Shown: piece by piece, positions 13,401 through 26,559 of the stretch
How the letters are laid out: every line of letters begins with the position of its first letter
How positions within the stretch are numbered: the stretch's first letter is position 1
The notes under the pieces: generated by a model
The model's input: the letters and a program-made list of their open reading frames with translations, nothing else
Told to the model about the DNA's origin: nothing
The model's database searches: none
Origin: Vicugna vicugna
Lineage: Eukaryota
NCBI GenBank assembly: GCA_013265495.1
Contig: MU058418.1
Coordinates: 2,627,491 to 2,691,490, forward strand
DNA: 64,000 nucleotides
Direction of reading: 5' to 3'
Position numbers and translations under genes: made by a program

Positions 13401-13839
13401 TATAGCAAGCCCCAGAGCAACTTTAAAATATTTTAGTAATAAATCTTTCTTTTAAAATGAATTATTAAATAGAGCTTTAAAATGTTTTGTGCTGTAGCTT
13501 GAATTTTTTTGCAATGGGATTTGACTTTTTTCCAAAAATAAATTTGTTTTATTAAAACGTTTGGTTGTGAAAAACACAACTGGGAAAGAAACATATAAAA
13601 CACAAAGTAAAAGTCCCTTCTTCCCGCCCACATTTTAAATTTTGGTAGAACTTGATAGATATGATAGCTATTGCTAAAATGCCAAGGCTGACTAATATTA
13701 CCTTCACCAACACTGGCTCTTATCAGTCTTTTTACTGCTTGCTCACCCAATATCTCTGATGCACTGTGCCTCCTCTCAAGAGATTGTAGCCTTGAACTGT
13801 CCACCTTCCACAATGTTTCTAGACTTATCTACCTAATTT

Positions 13840-14310
13840 AAAACCTGATTATTTAAGTCTCCTGCTTCAGGTCCTCTGCTGGCTTTCTGCAGCTACAAAA
13901 TTAAATCCAAACTCCTTTAGAGGGCTTACCAGGTCCCTCATAGCCTGGACTCAACCTCCCTTTTTTGCCTCATGCCCTTATGTTCTTGCTTTCTCCACAA
14001 ATCACCTCTTGTATCAGCCATGCTGAATTTTTTTAACTTTTTGCAATTCATGATTCTCTTTCTCATGTCGCTTCCTTTGCACTTACTATTTCTCCTCCCT
14101 TCTACCTCTAGAGATAACCTCCCATTCAACTCCCAAGAGCCAGCTGAAATACCAACTCTTCTGTGACATCTTCCTGACCCCCATTCCAGAAAAAGGAGTT
14201 ACTCCTCTTCTGCTTCTCTTGCATTAGCGCTTAGTACTTTTCTAGATGAATGTTTGTCTCCCACTAGAGACCATGGTGCCTTTTAGGGCAAGAACCCTCA
14301 TGCTGGCCTC
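13840..14310. mobile_element. L2 LINE relic
   Basis: aaaattaaatccaaactcctt...cctttgcacttactattt...gtttgtctcccactaga...agggcaagaacc, the typical L2 3' region. Confidence 0.65.
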
Positions 14311-17300
14311 CATTGGTTGAGTTCCTGATTTACAGAAGACCCTCAAAAAGGATTTACTAAACACCTAAAAGGTGTTCAATAGTATACAGCAAAAGTCAAC
14401 AGCAACAAAAATCCAGTCTCTCCTCTGCATCTGTAGCATGGAGTATGAAATATTTGAGAGTACTTAGTATATAACAAGCATTAACAACCTTTGGCTGCCC
14501 TGCAGAAGGAAAGCATGCTAATAACTCTGCAGGTGTGCACTTCCACAGCCTCAGCTAAAATGGCAGAGAAGGATAACAATACCCAAGTATTTCTTCTTCC
14601 CACCCTCCTTCTACCTTCCTCTCACTCCTGTGACTTCACATCCACAGCATTTACTCTCAGATGCACTCTAGCTGGCCAAAGCTCCTCATTTCAAAACATA
14701 CACCAAGCCAGACACAAAAATTTCCTACTTTTCCACCTCAGCCAACTTCCACTCCCTCAGCCAAGTATCATGAGACACCTACTTGAGAAACAAGTAAGAT
14801 TATCTGACTTAAGTGCTTGATTCTCAGGCAAGAATAAACTGAATCTTCCAGAGATAAATTCCTTTTTAAAAGATTAGCTGATTAACTCAAATGAAACTAA
14901 CCAGCAGAATGTACTGAATTTTCATTGGAAGGCCTTCTTGAAGTCCCTGGGACTTTCTTGGTCACTAGATACCACCAGTCTCAAGATAGAAATATGGCTC
15001 AGCAATCAGACCCTCATTGCTGAAAGGTTGCCCACACCAGGCACAGCTGCAGAGATTGCTTAGTGTGCCTTCCTTAGAGGGTCAGTGCTCAGAAGATCAC
15101 AATCCCTCAGTGTATACACTTCTGGTTTAGTGGAAAGAAGACATTAAAAAATAAATAAAATTGGAGCAAGAGAGTAAGGAGGAAAAATGCTGAGAGAAGA
15201 GTGACAGATGAGAAAGGATGTTAACATTGGAAGAATTACATAGAACATATCAAATAGATGGCACTGGGCACTCACACAAAAAAAAACTACTGAAAAATCA
15301 GAAATGCACCCATCCCAACATTAAAATATTTTTCCTCTAAAAAAGCTGTGTCCTATAACATATTAGCTAAAAAAAAAAATCCATTAAAGATTGAGTGGAT
15401 CAGAAAATCCCAGAGCACTTTTCTTCCTGAAATGATGAAAGCTTGCTGAATGGCTGGAACTGTCTCTGCTCTACCCTCACTTCTCATGATATTAGTTTCC
15501 ATCCCCAATTTGATCTTATTTCCAGGGCAGCAACTCCTCTTATAACTACACATGCTGAGATCAAAGGATGGAGAGACTGCTACTTACAAGACTAACATTA
15601 CAGAGAGAAGAGTTGGAAAGGGCTCAAACTTCATTATATAAAAAATAATTTCAAGGGACAAAAATCATTTTCAGAGGAAGCCAAAACCCAAAATAGTAGC
15701 AACTTTAAACTTCATTTCAGGAGCTTTAGGGCTGGTATATCCCTCCATGTGGTTGCTAAGGAACAGGATTCATTTATCCTTTGCTATCCAACAGTTTCTT
15801 GGAAACTGCTACCCTATATTATATCTATGATTGTTAAATCCACTCTAAATGGAAAAGCCCCTCAAAAAAGTGTAGTTTAAGTTACAGTATATAGGAATTT
15901 TTATCAGGAAAATGTTATAGAAAGCCAAAGTTCCTTTAATATCTTTTGTTGTTCCAATATATCAACATTCTTCTACTTGGAGAGTAGATTTTCTTATCCA
16001 TAATATCTTATTCTTCATGTTGATTACTGAATGTAGAGTCTTCTTATAAACAAGTGAATTTGTCTTGATTAAACACACTTATCTGAGCATGTCAAAAAAA
16101 AAAAGAAATAGAAATATTCTACTCTGAACTAAGCCATGCAAAATCATTCTGACTTTCCCCTAAGCATTAATGAAAGAATGTTCTTGGTAACAGAATGTGT
16201 AAGAAGTAAAAAGAATATTTGGCTTTCTATACATGATAAATGGTCTTCAGCTATTGCCTGTTATAGGCCCAACCATGTAAGAGAAAAGTCTGGGTAACTG
16301 TCATAGAGAAGTTTTTTGAAAGTGTCATCCATGTGTTTGTTTCACGTAAAAACCACACTGCTTGCCAAATCTCTGTCCTTCTACTTCCTGTAACTCTATC
16401 AACCCTAAGTAATTATTTACAAGTGTGCTAGGTCTTGCATTTCTAGTTCCCTGTGTTGTTAAATGAATAAAGGACATTCTGAGAGCAGACTCTCCAGTGG
16501 GTGTCCCTTGCTCATGCTTTGGCTTCTCTACACATTATCACTTTTTACAAGAAAGCTCGATGAGGCTTTCCTCTTTGAAAGAGCTAATGTTACAATAAAG
16601 AATGGGGAAGAAACTGAGACCAATGGCTAACGAGGGGGGAATCTGTGATTTGGCAAGATCAATTTTCTATGACATTTTAAGATTCTGGCTGTCCCGTGCC
16701 TAAGACCAGAGACTTTGTACCTCAAACACATATCTTCTAGTACAACTATCTCTGAAATGAAAACCATCAGTTGAATAGCAAAATCTCAACTGACCAGAAT
16801 CTAACCACAGGAGAAACATTACTACATGTCATAAAGCACTTGTCTTGGGCACTCTTAGGCTTAAAAATATGCCAAAATAATTTTTCCTGCAGATCAATTT
16901 TAACAGAGTTGAATGATAAGGGAACAGAGTCACATAAGAAATCTGGTTTTCAAAAAATGAAAACAATTTCCGGGGGGGGTCCTTAGGTAATTGCACACCC
17001 AATTCTATCTTCCACAATTAATTACTTCCTGTACCACAAGAGTGAAGTTCAGAATGGCTTTACAGGATTGTCAAATACCTCATTTTGCTCACTGTATTTT
17101 TTATTAACTAGGGCCTATTAATGACTATTTCAGGCTCCTGTGGAATACTAGATGGAGGTCTTTGAACACTAAGTGCTAAAGTGGATTCATGGTGAAAACA
17201 AATTTGATCAACACAATTTTATTAGTTTTAAGTTTTAAACTAGTAATGTGCATTTGTTTTATTTGAAAATACTCTATTCTACAGAAAATGAGAAATCAAA

Positions 17301-19279
17301 TAGGATAGGTGAAACTTGTAAGATGTGTTAAGTATAGAAAAGTAACTTACAAGACATTATGCACATATAAAATACATACATGTACTGAACATAAAAAGCA
17401 ACAGAATTGCTGAGTAAACACTAAAATTGTCACTGAACATTAAATATACATGAGGTATTAAAACTGTCACTAAACATTACACATACATGAGGTATACAAT
17501 TTGCTCAATATTTATGAAGTCTTAAATTGGTCACCCATTGGTTACATTCATTCTGGGTCCACAGATACTCTGCCAGATAAAATCCATAGCTGCTCATAGA
17601 CAAACTGGTGAGCTTACAATTGTGGCCCGATGCACCTGTCCCTGTCTCTCTCCAACTGAGCTTTCTTGCTCCAAACCTCAGCTCTGTTCTTTCTTGCTCC
17701 AAACCTCAATCATACCATCAGTAGGGAAGGCTGATGAAAGAGGAAGAGGTACCAGGGAAGGAGAAAGGAGAGGGGCACAGAGACAAATCAACTGACCAGG
17801 ACTCAGGCAGTGTGGTCCTTCTACCTCACTTATAGCCAATCCTAAGTATATAAACCTACTCCATTTCTTTCCCCTTACTTCTCACTGTGTGCTTATAATT
17901 GATTCAAGCATCTTAATTTGTGATCATAACCCATGGAACAGTTTGCCTGGTAGTGTATTTGGAGGCTATATTGTATCAAGGTAATTTCCCACATGACAAA
18001 ACTCATCAGTGTTTCTTAAGCCCTCATACTGTCTTCTAATTGTTTCTCATCATGGGCTAATAGAATGAAAATAAATGAAAGATGACAACTAGTTATTAAT
18101 TGGCTGAAGTCAATCCTGCTTAGTCCTACAAGTTGGTTGCACGTGGTCTTGTTGTGAGTTTATATTACATATAACAATAGTTGTGTTTTCTCCTGGTAAA
18201 ATTATCCCTAAGGCAAATCATTAAATTATACATATTGGTATTTCATGGTGCTCCACAAAGAGTATAGTGGACAATAAAGAGGGCTATAAGCTCAAGTTGC
18301 TCAGCCAGCTGAAGTTTCACTCCCATCCTTTTAGAAAAATGCTCACCAACAGTGTGTACCTGTGTTTATTAGCTACACATTTCACATAGGCCTTATGCTG
18401 TGTGCTATAGTGAAGAAAAAGTGAATATGACAGTCACCATCATAGCATATGGGAGAGACAAATAGTGTATCATAAAGATACACTAAGTACCCAGGTAATT
18501 ATGATACAAGGGACTAGCTAGCTATATTCTATAAGAGACATGCAAACAAACCTGTATGGAAATTCAAAGAGGTAAGCAATCATGCTCACGGTAAGAATAC
18601 AAGTAAAGTAAAATAGTACAAACTCTCTTGCAGATAACTTAGCAATATGTATGAAAAGCCTTAAGACTGCACAATTTATAGTAGTTAAACACTGGAAATA
18701 ATCTACATGTCCAACATTTTGGGAGTGCTTAAACAAACTATGATATACCCACTCACTAAAATACATGCAGCTCTTAAAAATTACACTGCAGGAAGGTATC
18801 TCATTAGATGTTATAGGAAAAGTATAAGATACACGATAAACAAAAAATGTTTAAAGTCTTTAAAAGGACAATGAAATGTCTTTCTCCCACCCTAGAATTC
18901 CCAGTACCTTTACTCAAAGACAAGACTGTTTTAAAGTGGACATATTTACATATGTATGTACCTCTCTTTACTTTTATTCAAATAGTGGGTGTCATAGTAT
19001 ACCCACTATTTGGCTCTTTGTTTGGGGCCCTTAACAATTTATCTTGGAGCTCTTTCCATATCAGCAACATACAGATTGACAGTATGTTTTTTAAGAGTCA
19101 CAGACAATGCAATTGTATGGATTTTAAATATATTTCACTTACTCAGTCCCCTATTAAAGGACAATTATACAGTTTTAAGAATTTTGCTATTACAAACACT
19201 GCTGCAATATATCTAGATGAAACATTTAATAATATGAAAAAGTATTCAAGATATTTTGTTAACTAAGAAAAAAAGAAAG

Positions 19280-21189
19280 ATGAACTGGTTTCCAGTTCCA
19301 CAACAAGTAAAAATTCCAACAGACAGAAAAATCAACAACTCTTCTTGGATACATAAGAGAGGAAAAAATACAGGGCAAACCACTGCCCCCAAGATTGGAG
19401 AGACAGGAAATACAGGGGAAATACAGGGAGCCTTGGTGTAACAGAGCAGACTCCGGTATGGAAACCATGGCAGGAACAGATGCTGGGACAGGAAGACCTG
19501 AACGATAGTTGACACATTGCTGAAGGCTCCATGTGATCGAGTCGGAGAGTTAAAAACTCCAAGAGGACCCAGTCATGGCCAGTGTTGTTGGGGTGGGGCA
19601 GTGTCCCTACAATATAGTGAGATTTATCTCTAGAATTCCAACCACATTCCCACCCACGGTAGAGAGAGAAACACTCTCTCAGGCCTCTGGCAGGGAAAAG
19701 AAAAAGGAAACATTTTGAAATATGCCAGAGCATTCCATTTTTCCTTACAAGACTCGCCCTCAGGAGAAACTAGTTAACCTGACCCTAACCTGCTGGAGTA
19801 TTATTAGAGACTAACTGATCTGAGGGGAGGGAAACACCCAACTCCAGCCCGCTCTAGTCATCCTATCCCACCTAAGGAGAAAAAACTGAGAAATGCTTCT
19901 GCAGCTTACAGTCTAGAGGCATAGGCTCACTAAAGGACTGAGACCTACTCACAGACTACTGAACACCTCCCCTACAACTGAATAACTAAAGGCTGATTTA
20001 CAGCAGTTCCTTTTACCCAGGACATCACGTCTAGCTATCAAGAAAAATTATAAGGCATACCAAAAGGCAAAAAAACACTAATTGAAGAGGTAGATCAAGC
20101 ATTAGAATCAGAAATTACAGGAATGTTGGAAATATCAAGCCAGGAATTTAAAACAACTATGACTAATATGCTAAAGGCTCTAATGAATGTAGACAGCATG
20201 TAAGAACAGATGGACAACGTAAGCAGAGAGATGAAAAGCATAAGAAAGAACCAAAAAGAAAGCTAGAGATCAAAAAAACTGGAACAGGAATGAAGAATGC
20301 CTTTGATGGGCTTACTAGTAGACTGGACACAGCTGAGAAAAGAATCTCTGAGACTGAGAAATTTCCAAAACTGAAAAGCAAAGAGAACAAAGACAGAAAA
20401 AAAAAATACTAGAATAGACTATCCAAGAACTGTGGGACAACCACGAAATATATTATACACATATCATGGGAATACCACAAGAAAGAGAAAGGAGCAGAAG
20501 AAATACTGGAAATGATAACAACAAAGAATTTCCCCAAATTAATGTTAGATACCAAACAATAGATCCAGGAAGCTCAGAAAGCACCACACAGGATGAATCT
20601 GAAAAAACTACACCTAGACATATCATTTCCAAACTGTAGAAAATTAAAGATATTTTAAAACTCCTGGAAGAAGTCAGAGGAAAAAAAAAAACACTTTACC
20701 TGTACACAAAGGAAGACAAGAATTTCATCATACCTCTCTTCAGAAACTATGTAAGCAAGAAAAGAATGGAGTGAAATATTTAAACTGTTGAGAAAAAATA
20801 ACTGCTGACCTTAATTCTTTTTTTAATTTTTTTTTCTTTTTCGGGGGAGGTAATTAGGTTTGTTTATTTGTTTAATGAGGGTACTGGGAATTGAGCCCAG
20901 GCACCTGTGCATACTAAGCACACTCTACCACTGAGCTATAACCTCCTCCTTGACCTTAATTCTATATCCTGCAAAATCATCTGCCAGAAGTGAAGAAGAA
21001 ATAAAACTTCCTCAGACAAACAAAAAATTGAGGCATTACCAGTATACCTACCTTGCAAGAAATATTAAAAATAAGTTCTTTAGAGAGAAGAAAATTATAT
21101 AAGTTAGAAACTTGGATCTACATAAAGAAAACAAGAGGATAGAAGAAGGAGTAAGTAAAGGTAAAATAAAAACTTATTTTTCTCATTCT
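19280..21189 (+). mobile_element. Old L1M element: 5' UTR and degraded ORF1, interrupted by a SINE and a younger L1
   Basis: ORF1-like A-rich coding relic (aagaatgcctttgatgggctt, atccaagaactgtgggacaac, gatccaggaagctcaga). It resumes briefly at 26526-26558. Confidence 0.8.
20819..20950 (-). mobile_element. tRNA-Ala-derived SINE (camelid Vic-1-like)
   Basis: Reverse complement of the 35494 copy. Exact 13-bp TSD tgaccttaattct at 20806-20818 and 20951-20963. Confidence 0.9.
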
Positions 21190-24100
21190 TTAATTGAAGT
21201 ATAGTTGACTTACAATGTGTTAGTTTCTGGTGTACAGCAAAGTGATTCAGATATATATATATATGTATATATATATGTATATGTGTATATATATATGTGT
21301 GTATATATATATGTATATATTCTTTTTCATTAGAGGTTATTATAAGATATTGAATATAGTTCCCTGAGCTATACAGTAGGTCCCTGCTGTTTATCTATTT
21401 TATATATAGTTGTCTGTATCTGCTAATCCCAAACTCCAAATTTATTGCTCCTGTACCCTCTTTCCCCTTTGGTAACCATAAGTTTGTTTTCTATGTCTGG
21501 TAATCTGTTAATGTTTTGTAAATAAGTTCATTTGAATCATATTTTAGATGTCACATATAAGTGATATCATATGATATTTGTCTTTCTGACTTACTTAATT
21601 TAGGATGATAATCTCTGGGTCCATCCTTGTTGCTGCAAATGGTATTATTTCATTCTATTTTATGGCTGAATAGCATTCCATTGTATATACGTATATCACG
21701 TTTTCTTTAGCCAATCATCTTTGATGGACATTTAGGTTGCTTCCATGTCTTGGTTATTGTAAAAGGGTTACTAAGAACATTGGCATGCACATATCTTCAA
21801 ATTAGAGTTTTCTCCAGATACATGCCCAGGAGTGGGATTGCTGGATCACATGTTAATTCTATTTTTAGTTTTTTTAGGAAACTCCAGACTGTTTTCCATA
21901 GTGGCTGCATCGGATTCCATTCCCACTAACAGGGCAGGAGGGTTCCCTTTTTTCTACACCCTCTCCAACATTTATTGTTTGTGTACTTTTTAATGATGAC
22001 CATTTTGACTGATGTGAGGTGATACCACACTATAGTTTTGATTTGCATTTCTCTGATAACTAGCGATGTTGAGCACCTTTTCATATGTCTATTAGTCACC
22101 TGTATGTATTCTTTGGAGAAATGTCTATTTAGGTCTTCTGCCCATTTTTTGATTGGGTTGTTTGTTTTTTTGATATTAAGCTGAATGAGCTGTTTGTATA
22201 CTTTGGAACTTAAGCCCTTGTCAGTCACATCATTTGCAAATATTTTCTCCCATTCCATAGGTTTGTCTTTTAGTTTTGTTTATGGTTTCCTTTCACTTCT
22301 ACTGATCGGTCTGTTCAAATTACCTGCTGATTCAGTTCTGGTCGGCATATGTTTCTGGAAACATGTCCATTTCTTCCAGGTTGTACAATTTGTTGGCATA
22401 TAATGTTCATAGTATTCTGTTATGGTTTTTTGTATTTCTACGGTATTGATTGTTATTTCTCCTCTTTTATTTCTTATTTTGTTTATTTGGGTCCTCTCTT
22501 TTCTTCCTGGTGAGCCTAGCCAGAGGTTTGCTAATTTTTTTACCCTTTCAAAAAACCAGTTATTGGTTTTATTGCTTTTTTTCTATTTTTAATCTCTATT
22601 TTATTTATTTCCTCTCTGATCTTTATTATTTCCTTTCTTCTGATGACTTTAGGTTTTGTTTGTTGTTCTTTTTCTAATTTTTTATGTGATAGGTTAGGTT
22701 AATTATTTGATATTTTCCTTATTTTTTGAGAAATGTCTGAATTGCTATGAGCTACCTTCTAAGGACTGCTTTTGCAGCATCCTTTAGATTTTTGTACAGT
22801 TGTGTTTTCATTGTCATTTGTCTCAAAGTATTTTTTAGTTTCCCATTTGATTTCATCATTGACCCATTAGTTTTTCAGCTGCATGTTGCTTACTCTCCAT
22901 GAAATCACTTTTTTCTTATTTCTCTTTCTGTGGTTGATTTCTTGTTTCATGCCGTTGTGGTCAGAAAATAACTTCTATCCTCTTAAATTTGTTGAAGTTT
23001 GTTTTGTGTCTGAGCGTATGATATATCCTAGAGAATGTTTTATGTGCACTTGAAAAGAATGTATATTTTGGGTTTTTTTTTAATGTAATGTCCTGAAAAT
23101 ATCAATTAAGTCTAGCTGTTCTAATGTGTAGATTTAGGATTCCTGTTGCCTTATTGATTTGCTGTCTGGAACACCTGTCCATTGATGTCAATGGGATATT
23201 AAAGTCTCCTACTATTATTGGGTTCCCATCAATTTCTCCCTTTATGTGTGTTAGTATTTGTTTTATGTATTTAGGTGCTCCTATGTTGAGTGCATATATA
23301 TTAACAAGTATAATATCCTCTTCTTTTATTGAAACTTTTATCATTGTATAGTGTCTATCTTTCTTTAAGGCCTTTGTTTTAGTCTATTTTGTCTGATATG
23401 CACATTTCTACTTCTGCTTTCTTGTCATTTTCATTTGTATAAAATATCTTTTTTCATCCTCTCGCTTTCAATCTATATGTCCTTCACCCTAAAAGGAGTC
23501 TCTTGTAGGCAGCATCATAATGTTGGCTCTTGTTTTATTATCCAATCTGCCACTCTATGTTTTTCGTTTGGAGCATTAGTCCACTGATATTTAAGGTAAT
23601 TATTGATAGATATGTATTTATTGCCATTTTAAACCTTGTTTTCCAGTTGATTTTGTGTTTCATGTTGTTCCTTTCTTTTTGTTTTTCCTTTTGTGATTCA
23701 ATGATTTTCTTTTGTATTATGCTTGTGCTCTCTTCTTTTTGGTTTTTGTGAATCTGTTATACGTTTTTGATTTGTGGCTTCTCTGTTTTTTAAGTATGTT
23801 AACCCATTACTATATCTACTTGTTTTAGACTGGTAGTCATACAGGCTCAAACACATTCTAAAAAAAACTACATTTTATACTCCCTTCCCCCATATTTTAT
23901 GGTTTGATGTCCTCTTTTAATCTTCATCTTTATCCTTTTGCTGGTCATTGTAGTCATCATTGCTTTCACAATTTTTTTTGATTTTTTTTTTTAACCTGTG
24001 TACGGGCTTATTTAAGTGACTTACTTTCCAATTGTGATTTTCTTTTTCCTATAGATTCTTGTTTCTCCTCTATTTATAGAAAATCTTTCAATATTTCTTT

Positions 24101-26525
24101 TAGGATAGGTGTAATATTGTTGCATTCTTTTAGTTTTTGCTTATCTGAAAAATCCTTTTTCTCTCCACCTATTCTAAATGATAATCTTGCTGAGTAGAGT
24201 ATTCCCAGTTGCAGGCTCTTCCCTTTCAGAACTTTGAATATATCTTGACATTCCCTTCTGGTCTGAAATGCTTCCGTAGAGAAATCAGTTGATAGCCTTA
24301 TGGGGGTTCCCTTGTAATTAACTTTATGTTTTTCACTTGCTGCCTTTAGAACCTTCCCTTCTATCTTTAACTTTTACCATTTTATTTATAATACACATCT
24401 TACTGTAGGTCTGTTTGGGTTCATTTTGTTTGGGACCCTCTGTGCTTCCTATACCTGGATATCTGTTTCCTTCTTTAGGTTTGGGAAGTTTTCAGCCATA
24501 ATTTCTTCAAATACATTTTTGGTCCCCCTTTCTCTTTCTTCTCCCTTTGGGATCCCTATTATGCATAGATTGGCATGCTTTATATTATTCTGTAGGTCTC
24601 ATATATTACTTTTTTTTTCATTTGTCTTTCTTTCTGCTGTTCTGATTGGGTGATTTCCATTATTCTATCTTCTAGATCACTTATTCATTCTTCTGCATTA
24701 TTCAGCTTGATATTTAGTGCCCTTATCTCAGCTTTGGTTTCAGCAAATGAGTTTTCTAATTTTAACTGGCTCCTCTTTATAGTTTCTAGCTCCTCGTTAC
24801 AGTAATCTGCATTTCTATTGATAGCCTTTCTTATTCTTTCAGTATTTTTATTACCTTCTTTTTAAACTTGGGGTTTAATAGGCTGGAGAGGTCTGTTTCA
24901 TTGTTCTTTCAGGGGAATTCTCTTGATCATTTAATTGGGAATGGTTCCTTTCCTTCTTCATTTTACTTCTATTCCTCTGACTCTATAAGTTTAGGAGAAA
25001 CATTATCTACTGTGGTCTTGAAGGGCTGTTTTGACGTGGGAGCATCCCTGTGTAGCCTGCGTGAGTCTAATGTTTTTGGTGCGAGGGCTGTTTTTAATAT
25101 GGATGCCTGACACTTCTTTCCTCTATGTGTGCTGGCTGTTCTCCCCTTGATAGTGGGTATGATTGGTGTCATGGTGACCAGAGCCTGCACTAGATGTTGA
25201 GCAGGGCCTCCTCTTTGCTCTTTGGTTGTCACAGCCATATCAGGAGCAGGGTTATCTCCCCAGTTGTGGCAGTAGAAGTCCCCAGATCCATACCTGAGCT
25301 ATGGTGTGAGGTAGGTGGGACTAGAGCACTCCTGCTGGGAGAGTCACTGAGTATTCCGCTGGAGGAGCTGTCTATCAGAAAGTGTGCTCTGTGGTGTCAC
25401 CTGTCACCTGTTGTGCAGGCTTACAAGATACACTGTTGTTGGCACTGCCTTCAGCCCTGCCTCAACTGTGGGAATGCAGGTAATCAGCCCAGGTGTCTCT
25501 CAGTGCTATGCTCACAAAGCCCCAGCACAGATGCATCAGTGCAGATCTGCTTAAGTCAGGCACCTGGACTGCCATGTCATGCACCCGGTGGACCCAACAT
25601 GAGAGCTATGGAATAAGCACAGACTCTTGCCCCGCCTCCACACACATGGAGGCAAAGCACACAGCTGCTAATGCCGGAACTTTCCCAGCCATAGGAGCAC
25701 CAGTAATCCACTCAAATGTCCTGCAGGAACTGAGCTTACAATGCCACAGGTGGCGCTTCAGCCCTGCTTCCAAAGTCGTGAAGTCCCTGGGGATCAGCTC
25801 AGATTTCAGACCCATGCCCATATGTGGGCAATATGCCACTGGAGTCTGCATGCTCCCAGACCTCACAGAGATAAAGCCATACCCACTATGAGCATGTAGA
25901 CGATAAGGCTGCTATGGCAGGGCCCAGTCCTTCCCTTAGCACATGCATTAACAATGGGGTTTCTATGGCAGGCCCCAGGCTCTGTCCTGCACACAATCAC
26001 AGTTGTGGCCCAGGTTACACTCCAGCCCCTTCAGGCTGTCTCCATGTAACCGGCCTCAGTCCTCTCCCCAGGTCTGTCTGCTGAGGCCCGAGTCTCAGCC
26101 CTCAGTCCCTGCATGCAGTAGCATACATGCATCTTGGATTGGGAAGTGCTACAAGGAGGCCAGGACCATCTGTGTTGGTCTCTCTGTTCTGCCTGCTGCA
26201 AGCTGGTGGTTGCACTCTCCTCTGAGCCTTGGAAGCTCCTTTTCTGTCCAAGCTGATCCCCTAACTAGTGAAGGGGGTTCCAGAGTAAGGAAATCTTTCC
26301 TCTTTCACAGCTCCCTCCTAGGGGCACAAGTCCCATCCCAGTGCCTTTTTTGTTTCTTTCATCCTACCTGGTTATGTGGTGATCTTTTTTGCAGCTTTGG
26401 TTGTATGAGATCTTCTGCCAGCGTTCAGGAGGTATTCTGTGAGAGTTGTTCCACACATAGATGTATTTTTGATGTATTTGTGGGAGGAGGTGAGCTCCAC
26501 ATCCTTCTATTCTGTCATCTTGATC
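21190..26525 (-). mobile_element. L1 retaining both termini, with a large internal ORF2 deletion; defective
   Basis: 5' end gatcaagatgacagaatagaagg near 26525, 5' UTR, ORF1 relic, endonuclease relic (track ORF 23102..23344 NIYALN...IVGDFNIPL), ORF2 C-terminus (21926..22258 EWEKIFAN...[14 protein letters not shown]) and 3' UTR. TSD tatttttctcattct (21175-21189) and tatttttctaattct (26526-26540). Confidence 0.92.
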
Positions 26526-26559
26526 TATTTTTCTAATTCTAAATTGATCTGACAATAGC

